Sequence record: MZ443780.1
DNA length: 64,000 bases
Strand: one strand, 5' to 3'
A model generated the notes under the pieces. It was not told where the DNA came from. It saw only the letters and a program-made list of their open reading frames with translations, and made no database searches. The position numbers and the translations under genes were made by a program. Of this stretch, positions 17,627 to 27,107 are shown one piece after another (the stretch's first letter is position 1; each line of letters opens with the position of its first letter).

Positions 17627-19081
17627 ATGAAAAAGATTAAATACACTTTTCGCCTGACTGACCTTGTTCGCATCTCCAAAACTCTGCCTGTAACTATGAA
17701 GCATTTCGATGGTGCAGGAGAAGAAGCCATTGTTGTTGGTCGTCAGAATGAAAAAGACGAGTACGCGTTACACATCAAACATCATGGTTATGTTGCATGG
17801 TACCCAGCCGAGTGCCTGACGCTGATCTCTCACAATAACGGTGAGCTGCTTGATCAGTGGGAAGCAGGTGACTACGGTCGAGATAAGAAGAAGAAACGCA
17901 AGATGCCAGAGGCGCTGCGTAACTTCACTGCTATTCTGCCTGTAACGTGTAACGCTGATTGCTCGTTCTGCCCAGAGAAAGAGATGGAGCAGAAAGCTGC
18001 CCAGCAAGAATGGCAAGACGGTTTGATTGCTTCGATCAAACGCATGTACAAGAAAACGAAGTTCGACCACGTATCAATCTCTGGTGGCGAACCTACACTG
18101 CGCACGAAGTTCTTGTTTGAGACTATCGACCGCATTCAGAAAGAAACGCCAATCAAGAAAGTAGGCTTGACGTCTAACGGCTTCTTCCTTGAAAAGCAAA
18201 ACAGCACGTTCGACTTCTTAGACCGTAACACTACGCCTGAGATGACGAGCAAGCTGTCGCATCTGAATATCAGTATGCACTCGTTCAATCGTGATCTCGC
18301 AAACAAGATCATGGGCGTGAACTACAAACAGACTCTGGAAGATCTTGTGCGCTTCCGCCGTCAGCTTGGTCGTGAAGTTAGTTTCCACATTAACTTTGTG
18401 ATCAACGACAAGACCGGCTCAATCACCGAAGAGTTCAAACGTGCCGCCAACTTCATGCGAGCGAACCCGTTCATCGACATTGTGTTCCGTGTTGACTACA
18501 ACGATGTTGAACTGTCCAAAGCACTGCGCAAATATGCTATGGATTATGCAGAGTGGGAAGAAGAAAGTCGCATCGCCGCTGCTGCTCGTAAGAAATGTAG
18601 AATGAAGGAGCCGAAAGCACCTCACATCGTTCAGAAGTTTGATCGTTTCTTTGGAGGCAGCACTAACGATGAGGCTGAGAGTGCATGGACTACAGGCTGC
18701 CCGTCATGCTTCACCCATGCGTCTAACATCGTCAATAACAGTCGCGCATTCTTGAAAGCGTCTTCATACGAACCGAACGACGACGAAGAAGAATACACTG
18801 AGCTGGTCTATCACATGGACGGCGCTCTGTATTGGGACTGGACTCGTAATGACCCTGTACCAGAACCACGCAGCAAACGTTTCGACTTCGAAATGAAAGA
18901 AGAAGCTGTCACTCAACCAAAAGCTGTTAAGAAACCTAAGAAGGCCAAACCTGTTGCTATGACCAGCAAGCAGAAGAAAGAAGTTGAGCGTGAGTCTGGT
19001 GTTGATAGCTGCAACTATTCATCTCGCTGTGGTTTTGTTGGCGGTAACGGTCGCTGTGGCTTCGGCAGCGGTCTGTGCTAA
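17627..19081 (+). CDS. Radical SAM enzyme with an extra N-terminal domain and a Cys/Gly-rich C-terminal tail
   Basis: CNADCSFC (CxxxCxxC), ISGGEPTL, LTSNG, LNISMHS; GAGGA SD 7 nt before ATG 17627. Confidence 0.85.
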   Translation: MKKIKYTFRLTDLVRISKTLPVTMKHFDGAGEEAIVVGRQNEKDEYALHIKHHGYVAWYPAECLTLISHNNGELLDQWEAGDYGRDKKKKRKMPEALRNFTAILPVTCNADCSFCPEKEMEQKAAQQEWQDGLIASIKRMYKKTKFDHVSISGGEPTLRTKFLFETIDRIQKETPIKKVGLTSNGFFLEKQNSTFDFLDRNTTPEMTSKLSHLNISMHSFNRDLANKIMGVNYKQTLEDLVRFRRQLGREVSFHINFVINDKTGSITEEFKRAANFMRANPFIDIVFRVDYNDVELSKALRKYAMDYAEWEEESRIAAAARKKCRMKEPKAPHIVQKFDRFFGGSTNDEAESAWTTGCPSCFTHASNIVNNSRAFLKASSYEPNDDEEEYTELVYHMDGALYWDWTRNDPVPEPRSKRFDFEMKEEAVTQPKAVKKPKKAKPVAMTSKQKKEVERESGVDSCNYSSRCGFVGGNGRCGFGSGLC

Positions 19082-19091
19082 GGACAATCAA

Positions 19092-19451
19092 ATGAAACAA
19101 CGTACCTTCTATTATGACAGCCCGTTCTATTACGGGCTTATCGTGTGGCGCAAGCGTCTGCGCAATGTTGTGCTGATGCTATGCGCAATACTCATCATTC
19201 ACGGCTGGCATGTGCCTGTAGTTGAAAACATGTGGGCATGGACTGGCATTATCTTCGGTATCTTGTTTCTCGTTTGCTACATTAAGATGTGGGAATACGA
19301 GCGCATGATTCTCGAAGCGTGTGGTCCGCTAGATACGCACACTGTTATCGGTGTGTTGAACTTCGAAAGTTTAGAGCGCAAACATGCTGTCTGGTACGAA
19401 AAGAAGTTCGGACACAAGCCACCTAAAACTAACTCATGGAGTATCGACTAA
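19092..19451 (+). CDS. Membrane protein (2 TM)
   Basis: AGGA SD; two hydrophobic segments. Confidence 0.7.
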   Translation: MKQRTFYYDSPFYYGLIVWRKRLRNVVLMLCAILIIHGWHVPVVENMWAWTGIIFGILFLVCYIKMWEYERMILEACGPLDTHTVIGVLNFESLERKHAVWYEKKFGHKPPKTNSWSID

Positions 19452-19873
19452 TGCCTCGCATGTTTACTGAGACTCATCGCAATAAGTATTTCCGTGATCG
19501 TAATCATCCTGGGTATCACGGTGACGTGTGCGAGCAAATCCATGTTGAGGGTATGGAAACGCTAAAAGACCTGAAATACTATCAGACAGCAATTTCGATG
19601 CTGCGCCGTAGTACCCCTAAACGTACCAGTGAATACAGCCACGACATTCTGTATCTGCGTACTCACTTTAAAGAAGCTGCTGCGCGTATGAAGTCGCTAC
19701 GCATTGCATATACCGAAGAGCATTGTCGCAGACACGGTGAGCGTATGCGCCTCGAAGTGAAAGACGCTGACGGCAATCGTGTTGATTTGTTCGTGACGTA
19801 TGACGCGGCCAAATACTGCAAACTGCGTTCTGGTCTCGGCGCAATTATCGAACGTTACGAGGAAAAGAAATGA
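19451..19873 (+). CDS. Hypothetical protein
   Basis: TAATG coupling. Confidence 0.7.
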   Translation: MPRMFTETHRNKYFRDRNHPGYHGDVCEQIHVEGMETLKDLKYYQTAISMLRRSTPKRTSEYSHDILYLRTHFKEAAARMKSLRIAYTEEHCRRHGERMRLEVKDADGNRVDLFVTYDAAKYCKLRSGLGAIIERYEEKK

Positions 19874-20586
19874 TGCCGAAAATATTCACGCTGAAACATT
19901 CAGGCGCTGACGTTATCATGCCTGTGATCTTGTTCGAATTGAACAAGCAAATGAAAGCTGGTGCAGTAGTCGACCTGGCCGAAGCGTACTCACTGCTGAA
20001 CGACACGCAAGCTGTTTACCTGACGTTAGCAAGCGCCGACAATGATGCGTATTACAAACAGCTTGAGCCTACGATTCGTTCGTTGCTTGCTAAGTACGGG
20101 CTACAGTGGATTCTCATTGAGAACGATCTGTCTCGATACTGTGAACGTTACGCAGAACTCAAAGGCTTCAAACGTGTAGACGAGAACGTATGGTCACACG
20201 CTACAGGCGAAGTTGAGATCGATAACTATGACCGCATCATGCTTCGCGCTCTGCTGGAAGAATGCAGCGCTGCACGGTTTCTCGAAAGTGTCGATGAACT
20301 TGTCGAAGAACAGGCGGCAGTAGATGAGATTGACCACAAACTCGATCTCATTGAAGACGGCAAGTGTTCCGAATGCGGCGCAGAGCGTGACCATGATGTA
20401 GACGATGAATATATGTGTCTGTCGTGTCGCTTAGCCGCAGAGGATGAAGAACGTGCGGAAGAAACATACGACTATCATCTGGTTGACCCTCGAATGCGCG
20501 TTCGTTTCAAAACAAACGATTTTGAAGCTGCTGAAAAGTATGCTGAGTCGCATCGAGAGTGTAAAGTGTTGTACGTAGGGGAATAA
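19870..20586 (+). CDS. Hypothetical protein with a C-terminal Zn-ribbon
   Basis: CSEC...CLSC in the acidic C-terminal part. Confidence 0.7.
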   Translation: MMPKIFTLKHSGADVIMPVILFELNKQMKAGAVVDLAEAYSLLNDTQAVYLTLASADNDAYYKQLEPTIRSLLAKYGLQWILIENDLSRYCERYAELKGFKRVDENVWSHATGEVEIDNYDRIMLRALLEECSAARFLESVDELVEEQAAVDEIDHKLDLIEDGKCSECGAERDHDVDDEYMCLSCRLAAEDEERAEETYDYHLVDPRMRVRFKTNDFEAAEKYAESHRECKVLYVGE

Positions 20587-20590
20587 CAAA

Positions 20591-20854
20591 ATGGCTGTAG
20601 GCTTTGTCAAAGATGATGGCGTCAACGATACCATCGAAACAAACGTGCTGAATGAGATCGACCGCGCTCGTTCAGAACTTCAAGGCGCAGGTTCTGATTA
20701 CTGCGTCAACCCTGATTGCGGTGAGAAGATTCCTGTGATGCGTAAACTCGCTATGCCCAATGCGCGTTACTGCATCAACTGTCAGGCAGCGCACGACGGC
20801 ACTGCTAACGTCGGCTATAATCGCCGTGGCTCAAAAGATTCTCAACTGAGGTAG
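20591..20854 (+). CDS. ybiI: DksA/TraR-family C4 zinc finger (YbiI-like)
   Basis: C..PDCGEKIP..R.LAMPNARYCINCQ and C-terminal GYNRRGSKDSQLR, as in enterobacterial YbiI. Confidence 0.88.
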   Translation: MAVGFVKDDGVNDTIETNVLNEIDRARSELQGAGSDYCVNPDCGEKIPVMRKLAMPNARYCINCQAAHDGTANVGYNRRGSKDSQLR

Positions 20855-20859
20855 TTATT

Positions 20860-21288
20860 ATGGAAGCTAAAATAACGCAGACTGGTACTGAGTGGCACGT
20901 TAAAGCGACTCAAAACGATCAGCCATCAAACACGTTCACCTCTGTCTATCACTCCGAAGAAGAGTACGAGAAGTGGATGAACCTGCACAAGAAAGACTTC
21001 ACTGTAGAAGTGAACGTCGTTCAGGTGCTGACCATTGAAGTGAAGAAAGGCACCTACCCTGATGTTCAGCCTGTAGTTGACCCGAACGTGACGTACTCGC
21101 TCGAAGCGTTTGTCAAAACTGCCAACGACTGGGTAGTTATTCGTAGCGGCATCACAACACCAGAAGAAGTTATCCAGCTGGTTGATCGTCTTGATATCAG
21201 ACAGCGCAAGCCGGAAGACGTGACTCATTTCCGTGTCGTGCGTGTCGTGCGTAGTGAAGTAGAACAACTGTGGGGAGAGATGTGGTGA
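20860..21288 (+). CDS. Hypothetical protein
   Basis: GAGGT SD. Confidence 0.75.
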   Translation: MEAKITQTGTEWHVKATQNDQPSNTFTSVYHSEEEYEKWMNLHKKDFTVEVNVVQVLTIEVKKGTYPDVQPVVDPNVTYSLEAFVKTANDWVVIRSGITTPEEVIQLVDRLDIRQRKPEDVTHFRVVRVVRSEVEQLWGEMW

Positions 21289-21419
21289 GTGACAAAGAGC
21301 CATACTCACGTTGCGAAGACTGCCGTACACCTCTAGCAGAAGATGAAGTGTACGGCGAGTACGACGATCTGTGTGAGAACTGCTGTGCTGATCGCGAAGA
21401 TGATGGAGAGCCAACATAA
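21285..21419 (+). CDS. 44-aa acidic Zn-ribbon mini-protein (absent from the ORF track)
   Basis: GTGA and TAATG overlaps fill the gap exactly; MSDKEPYSRCEDCRTPLAEDEVYGEYDDLCENCCADREDDGEPT; GGGAG SD. Confidence 0.75.
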   Translation: MSDKEPYSRCEDCRTPLAEDEVYGEYDDLCENCCADREDDGEPT

Positions 21420-21736
21420 TGTTGCGTAAACTTTGGGTAGCTATAGGCTTCAAATTTCCTACGGTTGCTGACGCTATGCGTAAACGACAGGCATGTACAC
21501 GCGTTGGCTATAAGAGCTACTGCGTTATGAACCGTGCTGGATTCGCAGAGGCATTCACGCATCACCTGCATGAATACCGAGATTCTAGCCCATCGTTGGC
21601 CGTGCTTAATAAACACAAACACGAAGACGTTGCAGCAAAAGCGCAGCGTATGGATTATCCGTGTGTTGTCGTCTTTGCTGATGACGGCTTCTCTGCAATT
21701 GCAATTGATCCACCTACTATGGAGCGCCATGTATGA
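21419..21736 (+). CDS. Hypothetical protein
   Basis: Translationally coupled. Confidence 0.65.
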   Translation: MLRKLWVAIGFKFPTVADAMRKRQACTRVGYKSYCVMNRAGFAEAFTHHLHEYRDSSPSLAVLNKHKHEDVAAKAQRMDYPCVVVFADDGFSAIAIDPPTMERHV

Positions 21737-22086
21737 AACTGACAAAGCTGCCGCGTTACTTGTGGCTTACAGGCAAACAGGTGACGTACTTCTTCAAGCT
21801 GCTTAAAGCGAATCGTGAACTCGCTGCTATGGAGCATGAAGCCGAAGTGCTCAAAGCTCTGCACGATCTCACTGAGCGCGATATGCAGAACGGAACTATT
21901 GTCTGCATCAAGGTGCTTTCGTTCTTTCAGGAGTTGAAGCGCCCTCGTGGTGTGAAGTTCAATCTCCCCTACCTGTGGCCGAAGCGTGACCTGATTCGCT
22001 TGCTCAACAAGAACGGTGTTGCAGTAGGCCCAGTGCCGAACTACTTCGCAGCTTTCCATCAACTCGTAGACAAAGGGTTTAAGTGA
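21733..22086 (+). CDS. Hypothetical protein
   Basis: ATGA overlap. Confidence 0.7.
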   Translation: MKLTKLPRYLWLTGKQVTYFFKLLKANRELAAMEHEAEVLKALHDLTERDMQNGTIVCIKVLSFFQELKRPRGVKFNLPYLWPKRDLIRLLNKNGVAVGPVPNYFAAFHQLVDKGFK

Positions 22087-22805
22087 TGAACCACCTAGAA
22101 CATTTAGATGCAATCAAACAAATCACTGTTGACCAGATTCAAGCGTTCTCAGGTATCGCAGAAGTAATGCACGAACGGGGTCGCATTCAGCCTGAAATCT
22201 TTACCGAAGTGTGGCAGCGCACCGTATGCGAACAGCTTGGTCTGAACTACGATCACTGGCGCTACTACAACGAACTGGCTAACTTCATGACTCTGGGCAT
22301 GGTGCCATACATGCCTGTGCTGCAAATTGCTGTGACTGCTTTTGTCGGCGCTGACGTGCGCGAGACACTGCAACGCTTCTCGCATCTCGATAAAGAAACT
22401 GTGGTATCTGCCTATGAAGTTGGTAACGAGTGGGTGCTGGACAATCATCGCATGATTTGCACATGTCGCGCTATCGACTCCTTAGTTAGTTTGTACTCGA
22501 CGCACAAGTTGGAGATTGACGAACAGGAAGAGAATCGTTGTGTAGCCTACCCGGGAATGCCGAACATGCCGCACCAGTTTGTTGAAATGTACAAGCTGAT
22601 TGACGAGGCTCGTCTGATTGTTAGTGGTCGTTGGCGTACACCTCTGCGTTATTTCCATTCGAGAGAGCGTGACTACATCTGGAACTATCCGCCAACAATG
22701 TCAACTAAAGGTAACGTCATCATTCAGACAGACGCAGGTACTATCTATCTGAATGGCGCGCCTAAGCGCGGTGATACTAACGCAAACCATTTACGCTCAG
22801 TGTAA
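22083..22805 (+). CDS. Hypothetical protein
   Basis: GTGATG overlap; 240 aa. Confidence 0.75.
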   Translation: MMNHLEHLDAIKQITVDQIQAFSGIAEVMHERGRIQPEIFTEVWQRTVCEQLGLNYDHWRYYNELANFMTLGMVPYMPVLQIAVTAFVGADVRETLQRFSHLDKETVVSAYEVGNEWVLDNHRMICTCRAIDSLVSLYSTHKLEIDEQEENRCVAYPGMPNMPHQFVEMYKLIDEARLIVSGRWRTPLRYFHSRERDYIWNYPPTMSTKGNVIIQTDAGTIYLNGAPKRGDTNANHLRSV

Positions 22806-22814
22806 GGGGCAATC

Positions 22815-23477
22815 ATGAACATCATTCAATTCCTCATGGATGAGGACGAAGTACAGGACGCATTCGTTGCGTATCGCACTGACCCTACCGATGAAAACAA
22901 ACGTCGTGTGATCGAAACGCTTTTGCGTGAACAAGCGTCAGCAACTAACGTAACAGAGAAAGCTACGGTGCTGGGTAAGCCTCCACATCGTTTTGTGCTT
23001 ATTCCACAAACAGACGCTATCACTCGTGAGCGAGTAGAAACCAGTGAAGGTCAGATTAGCTGGGACAGGCCCGTTGATCGTAGACTACTCGATCTGGCGA
23101 AGTGTGCTACCCGTGTCAGTAATCACGTACACGAACTTGGTGGCTCTGCTGTGTTTGTGCGATTCACTGCCGAAGAGTGGCACGAGACTTTCCTGACTCA
23201 GGGCCTTCCGATGTATCTTGCGGCGATGCAAGAAGCCTTGCAGGAAACAGAGAGTCTCGAAGCTATCGCAGTCTCTATGGAGAAACTAATTCGCGTTGTC
23301 GGTAACATGACCGAACTTGCATATTCAAAACGACTGATAGGTCAGATGTATGCCGTTGCCGAAAACAGACACGACGACACTGTTAGCCCTGCGCTTGTCG
23401 CCATGGTAGATCTGGGGAGAACGAAGAACATCCCTGCTATCTGTAAAGAGACAGAAGACGAGAACGAGGAAGAATAA
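22815..23477 (+). CDS. Hypothetical protein
   Basis: AAGGGG SD; 220 aa. Confidence 0.75.
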   Translation: MNIIQFLMDEDEVQDAFVAYRTDPTDENKRRVIETLLREQASATNVTEKATVLGKPPHRFVLIPQTDAITRERVETSEGQISWDRPVDRRLLDLAKCATRVSNHVHELGGSAVFVRFTAEEWHETFLTQGLPMYLAAMQEALQETESLEAIAVSMEKLIRVVGNMTELAYSKRLIGQMYAVAENRHDDTVSPALVAMVDLGRTKNIPAICKETEDENEEE

Positions 23478-23849
23478 ATGATCAAACAAATCCCAAGACA
23501 ACTTTCGACCAAAGATCGTAGTCTGTCTATCGACGGCTTTGCTTCTACAGTCAATCTGGAAAACTATACTGCTGTCGTTCGCGGTCCGTGGAAGTTATTG
23601 CGCGGCACTAACACCAGTGGTAACTTCACTATCGTGCTGGTGGGCCCTCATGCCGTCCCCTCGAATTTGGTAGGCATTCAAATCTTAATGGCTGCTGGCT
23701 TCTCTGATGTTGACGCGATGCTGGCACTCGGCGTTTCACGTAATGAATATCGTGCATGGACAAAAACGCAGCGCACTCGCAAACGCGAAGCAGCCGCACA
23801 ACCACGCATGGGCAACACAACTTCACTCGACGATCTCCAGAGGAAATAA
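23478..23849 (+). CDS. Hypothetical protein with a possible HTH
   Basis: GFSDVDAMLALGVSRNEYRAW resembles an HTH recognition helix. Confidence 0.55.
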   Translation: MIKQIPRQLSTKDRSLSIDGFASTVNLENYTAVVRGPWKLLRGTNTSGNFTIVLVGPHAVPSNLVGIQILMAAGFSDVDAMLALGVSRNEYRAWTKTQRTRKREAAAQPRMGNTTSLDDLQRK

Positions 23850-23850
23850 G

Positions 23851-24633
23851 ATGAAACAGTTATTCGTAGGCAGTCACCCAAATACAGTTCGCTTCTCTGA
23901 TCTCGATGCGCGTGATCGCGTGTGTGAGATTCGTGTACTGATCGCAAATGCGTATACTATCCTGCGCGATGCTATCGGTGAGAAAGCCAAAGACGAAGCG
24001 AACGTCTTCCACGGCCCGTGGCTTGTGTTTCGTAACCTGATGAACGAGCACCCAGCATCCTGTCTTGAAGAGTTTCGTCACGCTTCAATCTACTTCGATG
24101 CAGATACCGAAAACATGGTGACTGAGATCGCTGACCTGATCGAACAGCACAACGAGCTGGTTCGTCAGGACTACGAACGAAAAGGCATTCACAGGCATCA
24201 GGCAGATGCAATGATCAGTATTGACGATACTATCAAAAATACTGCGCGTGAAGTAACGATGCGTGTCGGCGCAGGTAAGACGCGCAGTGTTGTAGGTGAG
24301 ATTGAGAGTAACAATCCACATCTGATGTTGGCAGATAATGTTCGAGCGTATACGCAGTTTGCAGCCAAGACCACATCGGTATTTGCGTTCTGCTCGCGTT
24401 TGACCAAGAAATTGGGATCTGATTGTTATGATCGCTACGACGACATGACCCAGGAAGAAATGATCGACTGCGTACACGGTCTCATTCTCGCTTCATCTAA
24501 AAGTGTAGATCAAATTCAGCGCCATGTACGTCAGTGCATCGAAGCCTTATCCATGCCTAAGTGTAAGGCTGATGGTGACTTCGACTTCAAAGTAGGTGGC
24601 GGTGACAATGGCACATTTGACTTCCGTATGTAA
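23851..24633 (+). CDS. Hypothetical protein
   Basis: GAGGA SD before ATG 23851. Confidence 0.75.
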   Translation: MKQLFVGSHPNTVRFSDLDARDRVCEIRVLIANAYTILRDAIGEKAKDEANVFHGPWLVFRNLMNEHPASCLEEFRHASIYFDADTENMVTEIADLIEQHNELVRQDYERKGIHRHQADAMISIDDTIKNTAREVTMRVGAGKTRSVVGEIESNNPHLMLADNVRAYTQFAAKTTSVFAFCSRLTKKLGSDCYDRYDDMTQEEMIDCVHGLILASSKSVDQIQRHVRQCIEALSMPKCKADGDFDFKVGGGDNGTFDFRM

Positions 24634-24811
24634 ACGTTACTGGCGCGAAGCAATGGTGCTGGCAGTGCTTGTCATCATTGCTTTCGCTTTACCTTATTTC
24701 GAAGTACGCAACCCAATGCTGACTATGCTGGTGGCTGTCATCGTTGCTGTGTACTTCTTTGCTACGTGGGCATGCAAGCCTCGTCACGGAGATAACAGTG
24801 AAAAAGAATGA
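24596..24811 (+). CDS. Small membrane protein (2 TM); start uncertain
   Basis: MVLAVLVIIAFALPY and MLTMLVAVIVAVYFFATW. Confidence 0.6.
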   Translation: MAVTMAHLTSVCKRYWREAMVLAVLVIIAFALPYFEVRNPMLTMLVAVIVAVYFFATWACKPRHGDNSEKE

Positions 24812-25349
24812 GATCGTGTTGAGCAAGGAAGAAATTGCTGAGGGTGTTGAGAAGATCAATCACGCGCTGTTGCTTATTGGTCTTCGCTGCAACGAAGGTG
24901 ATGTCGGTTACGAGACTGTGTACACTGACGACCACGGTGAAACACAGGGAGGCTGGTACGCCGAGTTCGATACTAAGTCCCGGGAGAAACTGCGTAACTC
25001 TAAGCAAGTGTCGTGGCGTAACGTTGGTATGATTAGCGGTGATACGCTTGACAGCATTCTCAAAACAATAACGAACTTGAAGTTCCGCAACTGTGTGAAA
25101 GAACCAACGCCGCTGCAAGTTCGTCGCGCAGAGCACAAGCAGAACAAAGTCGAATCGACCAAGCGAGCGCTTGAGATCTTCAACTCTGCCCAGCCTCTGT
25201 CTGATGGTGATCTGCACATCTGCATTGAGCACTTCCGCACTCTGGAAGAAATGATCAAAGCAGACCCGATGTTGAAACTGGCGCTGCCGTATGTTGTAAA
25301 CAACCTGTATCAACTCGAAAACTATCTTCGCGCACGTAAAAGCAAGTAA
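24798..25349 (+). CDS. Hypothetical protein
   Basis: GGAG SD before GTG 24798. Confidence 0.7.
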   Translation: MKKNEIVLSKEEIAEGVEKINHALLLIGLRCNEGDVGYETVYTDDHGETQGGWYAEFDTKSREKLRNSKQVSWRNVGMISGDTLDSILKTITNLKFRNCVKEPTPLQVRRAEHKQNKVESTKRALEIFNSAQPLSDGDLHICIEHFRTLEEMIKADPMLKLALPYVVNNLYQLENYLRARKSK

Positions 25350-25355
25350 CAATCG

Positions 25356-25381
25356 TGGGAGACTCTTAACGGGGTTTCCCA
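25356..25381 (+). terminator. Stem-loop, probable terminator
   Basis: TGGGAGACTC-TTAAC-GGGGTTTCCCA; weak T tract; resembles 33817-33848. Confidence 0.5.
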
Positions 25382-25407
25382 TTAGTCATTTCTGGAGCAA
25401 AATTCGC

Positions 25408-26388
25408 ATGAGACTTGGATTCGCCTGTAAGCTGATTGACGCACAAGGCAAGCAACCGTACCCAAACAAAAGCATTAGCTACACGCACTTTGCAAAACTC
25501 GATCTCGACCAGCGTCGTCAAAAGCTACTCGACATTGTGACCGTCAACCTGACGTCACTGTACGATATGATCGCACACGTTGCGATGTTACGCCGAGACA
25601 TGCGCATGTTTCGTATCACCAGCGAATTGCTCCCGCTGTTCACGCACCCACAAGTTGCGCACTTATACCAAGAGCGTGAACTTGCCGCGCACATCGAACA
25701 CTGGTTGTGGAAGTGCGGTACGTTAGCTCAGTCATCTGGCGTTAGACTTTCGTTTCACCCAGGTCAGTTTACCGTGCTCGCATCTGATCGACCTGACGTT
25801 GTGCTCAATTCAATCCACGAACTTGAGTACCATGCGTACTGCGCCTATCACATGGGGTACGGTCGACGCTTTCAAGACTTCAAGATCAACATTCACCTGT
25901 CTGGTCGTCTTGGTGCTAAAGGCTTTCGTGCTGCACACTCAAAACTTTCTGATCACTGCCGAAAGATGTTGACCGTTGAGAACGACGAGATCACGTCCAG
26001 CATTGAGGACTGTCTTGAGCTTGCGGACATTTGCCCGATTGTGCTCGATATTCATCATCACTGGGTAATGACTAACGAGTACATACAGCCGACCGATGAT
26101 CGTGTGCAACGTGTCATTGAGTCGTGGCGAGGCATTACACCGACAGCGCATTACTCTGTGTCTAAGCCTGAGTTCGTGCCGTCGCGTGGTCTGCCAGATC
26201 AAAACAAGCTGACTGCTAATCGAATGCAGCTACGCGCACACTCTGACTACTACCACAACGATGACGTAAACGAGTGGGCCCTCAGCTTCACTGATTTTGA
26301 CTTAATGTGCGAGTCGAAAGCGAAGAATCTCGCTCGTGCAAAATTGGCGTGTTTTACAGCGAACTCTGCAAATAACTGGACAAAATAA
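25408..26388 (+). CDS. uvsE: UV damage endonuclease (UvdE/UvsE)
   Basis: MRLGFACK, RMFRITS, RLSFHPGQF, INIH, LTVENDE, VLDIHHH, HYS, RAHSDY, MCESKAKNLA. Confidence 0.92.
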   Translation: MRLGFACKLIDAQGKQPYPNKSISYTHFAKLDLDQRRQKLLDIVTVNLTSLYDMIAHVAMLRRDMRMFRITSELLPLFTHPQVAHLYQERELAAHIEHWLWKCGTLAQSSGVRLSFHPGQFTVLASDRPDVVLNSIHELEYHAYCAYHMGYGRRFQDFKINIHLSGRLGAKGFRAAHSKLSDHCRKMLTVENDEITSSIEDCLELADICPIVLDIHHHWVMTNEYIQPTDDRVQRVIESWRGITPTAHYSVSKPEFVPSRGLPDQNKLTANRMQLRAHSDYYHNDDVNEWALSFTDFDLMCESKAKNLARAKLACFTANSANNWTK

Positions 26389-26421
26389 GGCTTGTTTCTG
26401 ATGGTTGCCCTATGATACACT
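26365..26421 (+). promoter_or_regulatory. Class I early promoter
   Basis: TCTGCAAATAACTGGACAAAAT ... TG-A-TACACT; offset 39; overlaps the last codons of uvsE. Confidence 0.75.
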
Positions 26422-26468
26422 GTTTATGAGCACTTTTGCTCGTTATAACTAGACAGAGGAAATAGACA

Positions 26469-26771
26469 ATGTTCAATACAACAACCATCGTGAAGAAAGC
26501 AAGCGCTGTCCAGAACGTCAACCACTCTTTTGGCATTACCGGTATCACACCGACTAACCGCATCTCCTGCGTTTGGCCTGGCGCTCTGGAAGTACCTGCG
26601 AATATCAAACGTTGGTGTCGTGTAAACGAAATCACCAATGACCTTGATGCTTACATGCGTGTTCGCTTCAAGGGTCGTCGTGCAGACATTCTGAATTTGG
26701 TTGCTAAACATTTAGCGCCGAACAATCCTGAACTGGCTGTGCGTATTCTCGCTACTATCACTGAGGCCTAA
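26469..26771 (+). CDS. Hypothetical protein
   Basis: GAGGA SD. Confidence 0.75.
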   Translation: MFNTTTIVKKASAVQNVNHSFGITGITPTNRISCVWPGALEVPANIKRWCRVNEITNDLDAYMRVRFKGRRADILNLVAKHLAPNNPELAVRILATITEA

Positions 26772-26772
26772 A

Positions 26773-27036
26773 ATGAAAGTCCAAGCAATGGAAGCTATTT
26801 ACGGTGCTACGAACACCAACACTTCTCTCGTAGAGAAGCGGGGCTTCCGTACTGTCGAATCGAAATACGTCGATGGAACGGAGGTTAGATTACAACGTCT
26901 ATCACACGATATACATGAACGTGTGGTTGTGGGTTACGACCGTTTTGGTCGAGCTGTGTATGGAACACAAGTACCACAATCCACGTTCGAAGTGCGTGAC
27001 AGCAAGGAAAGCGAACCGAATAACACGGCGCCCTAG
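26773..27036 (+). CDS. Hypothetical protein
   Basis: GAGG SD. Confidence 0.6.
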   Translation: MKVQAMEAIYGATNTNTSLVEKRGFRTVESKYVDGTEVRLQRLSHDIHERVVVGYDRFGRAVYGTQVPQSTFEVRDSKESEPNNTAP

Positions 27037-27107
27037 CAAGCTCACAACCAGAAGCCATAGAATAACCAACAATAAATTCATGCGCTGACCTATCGTGGGG
27101 TGTCAAA

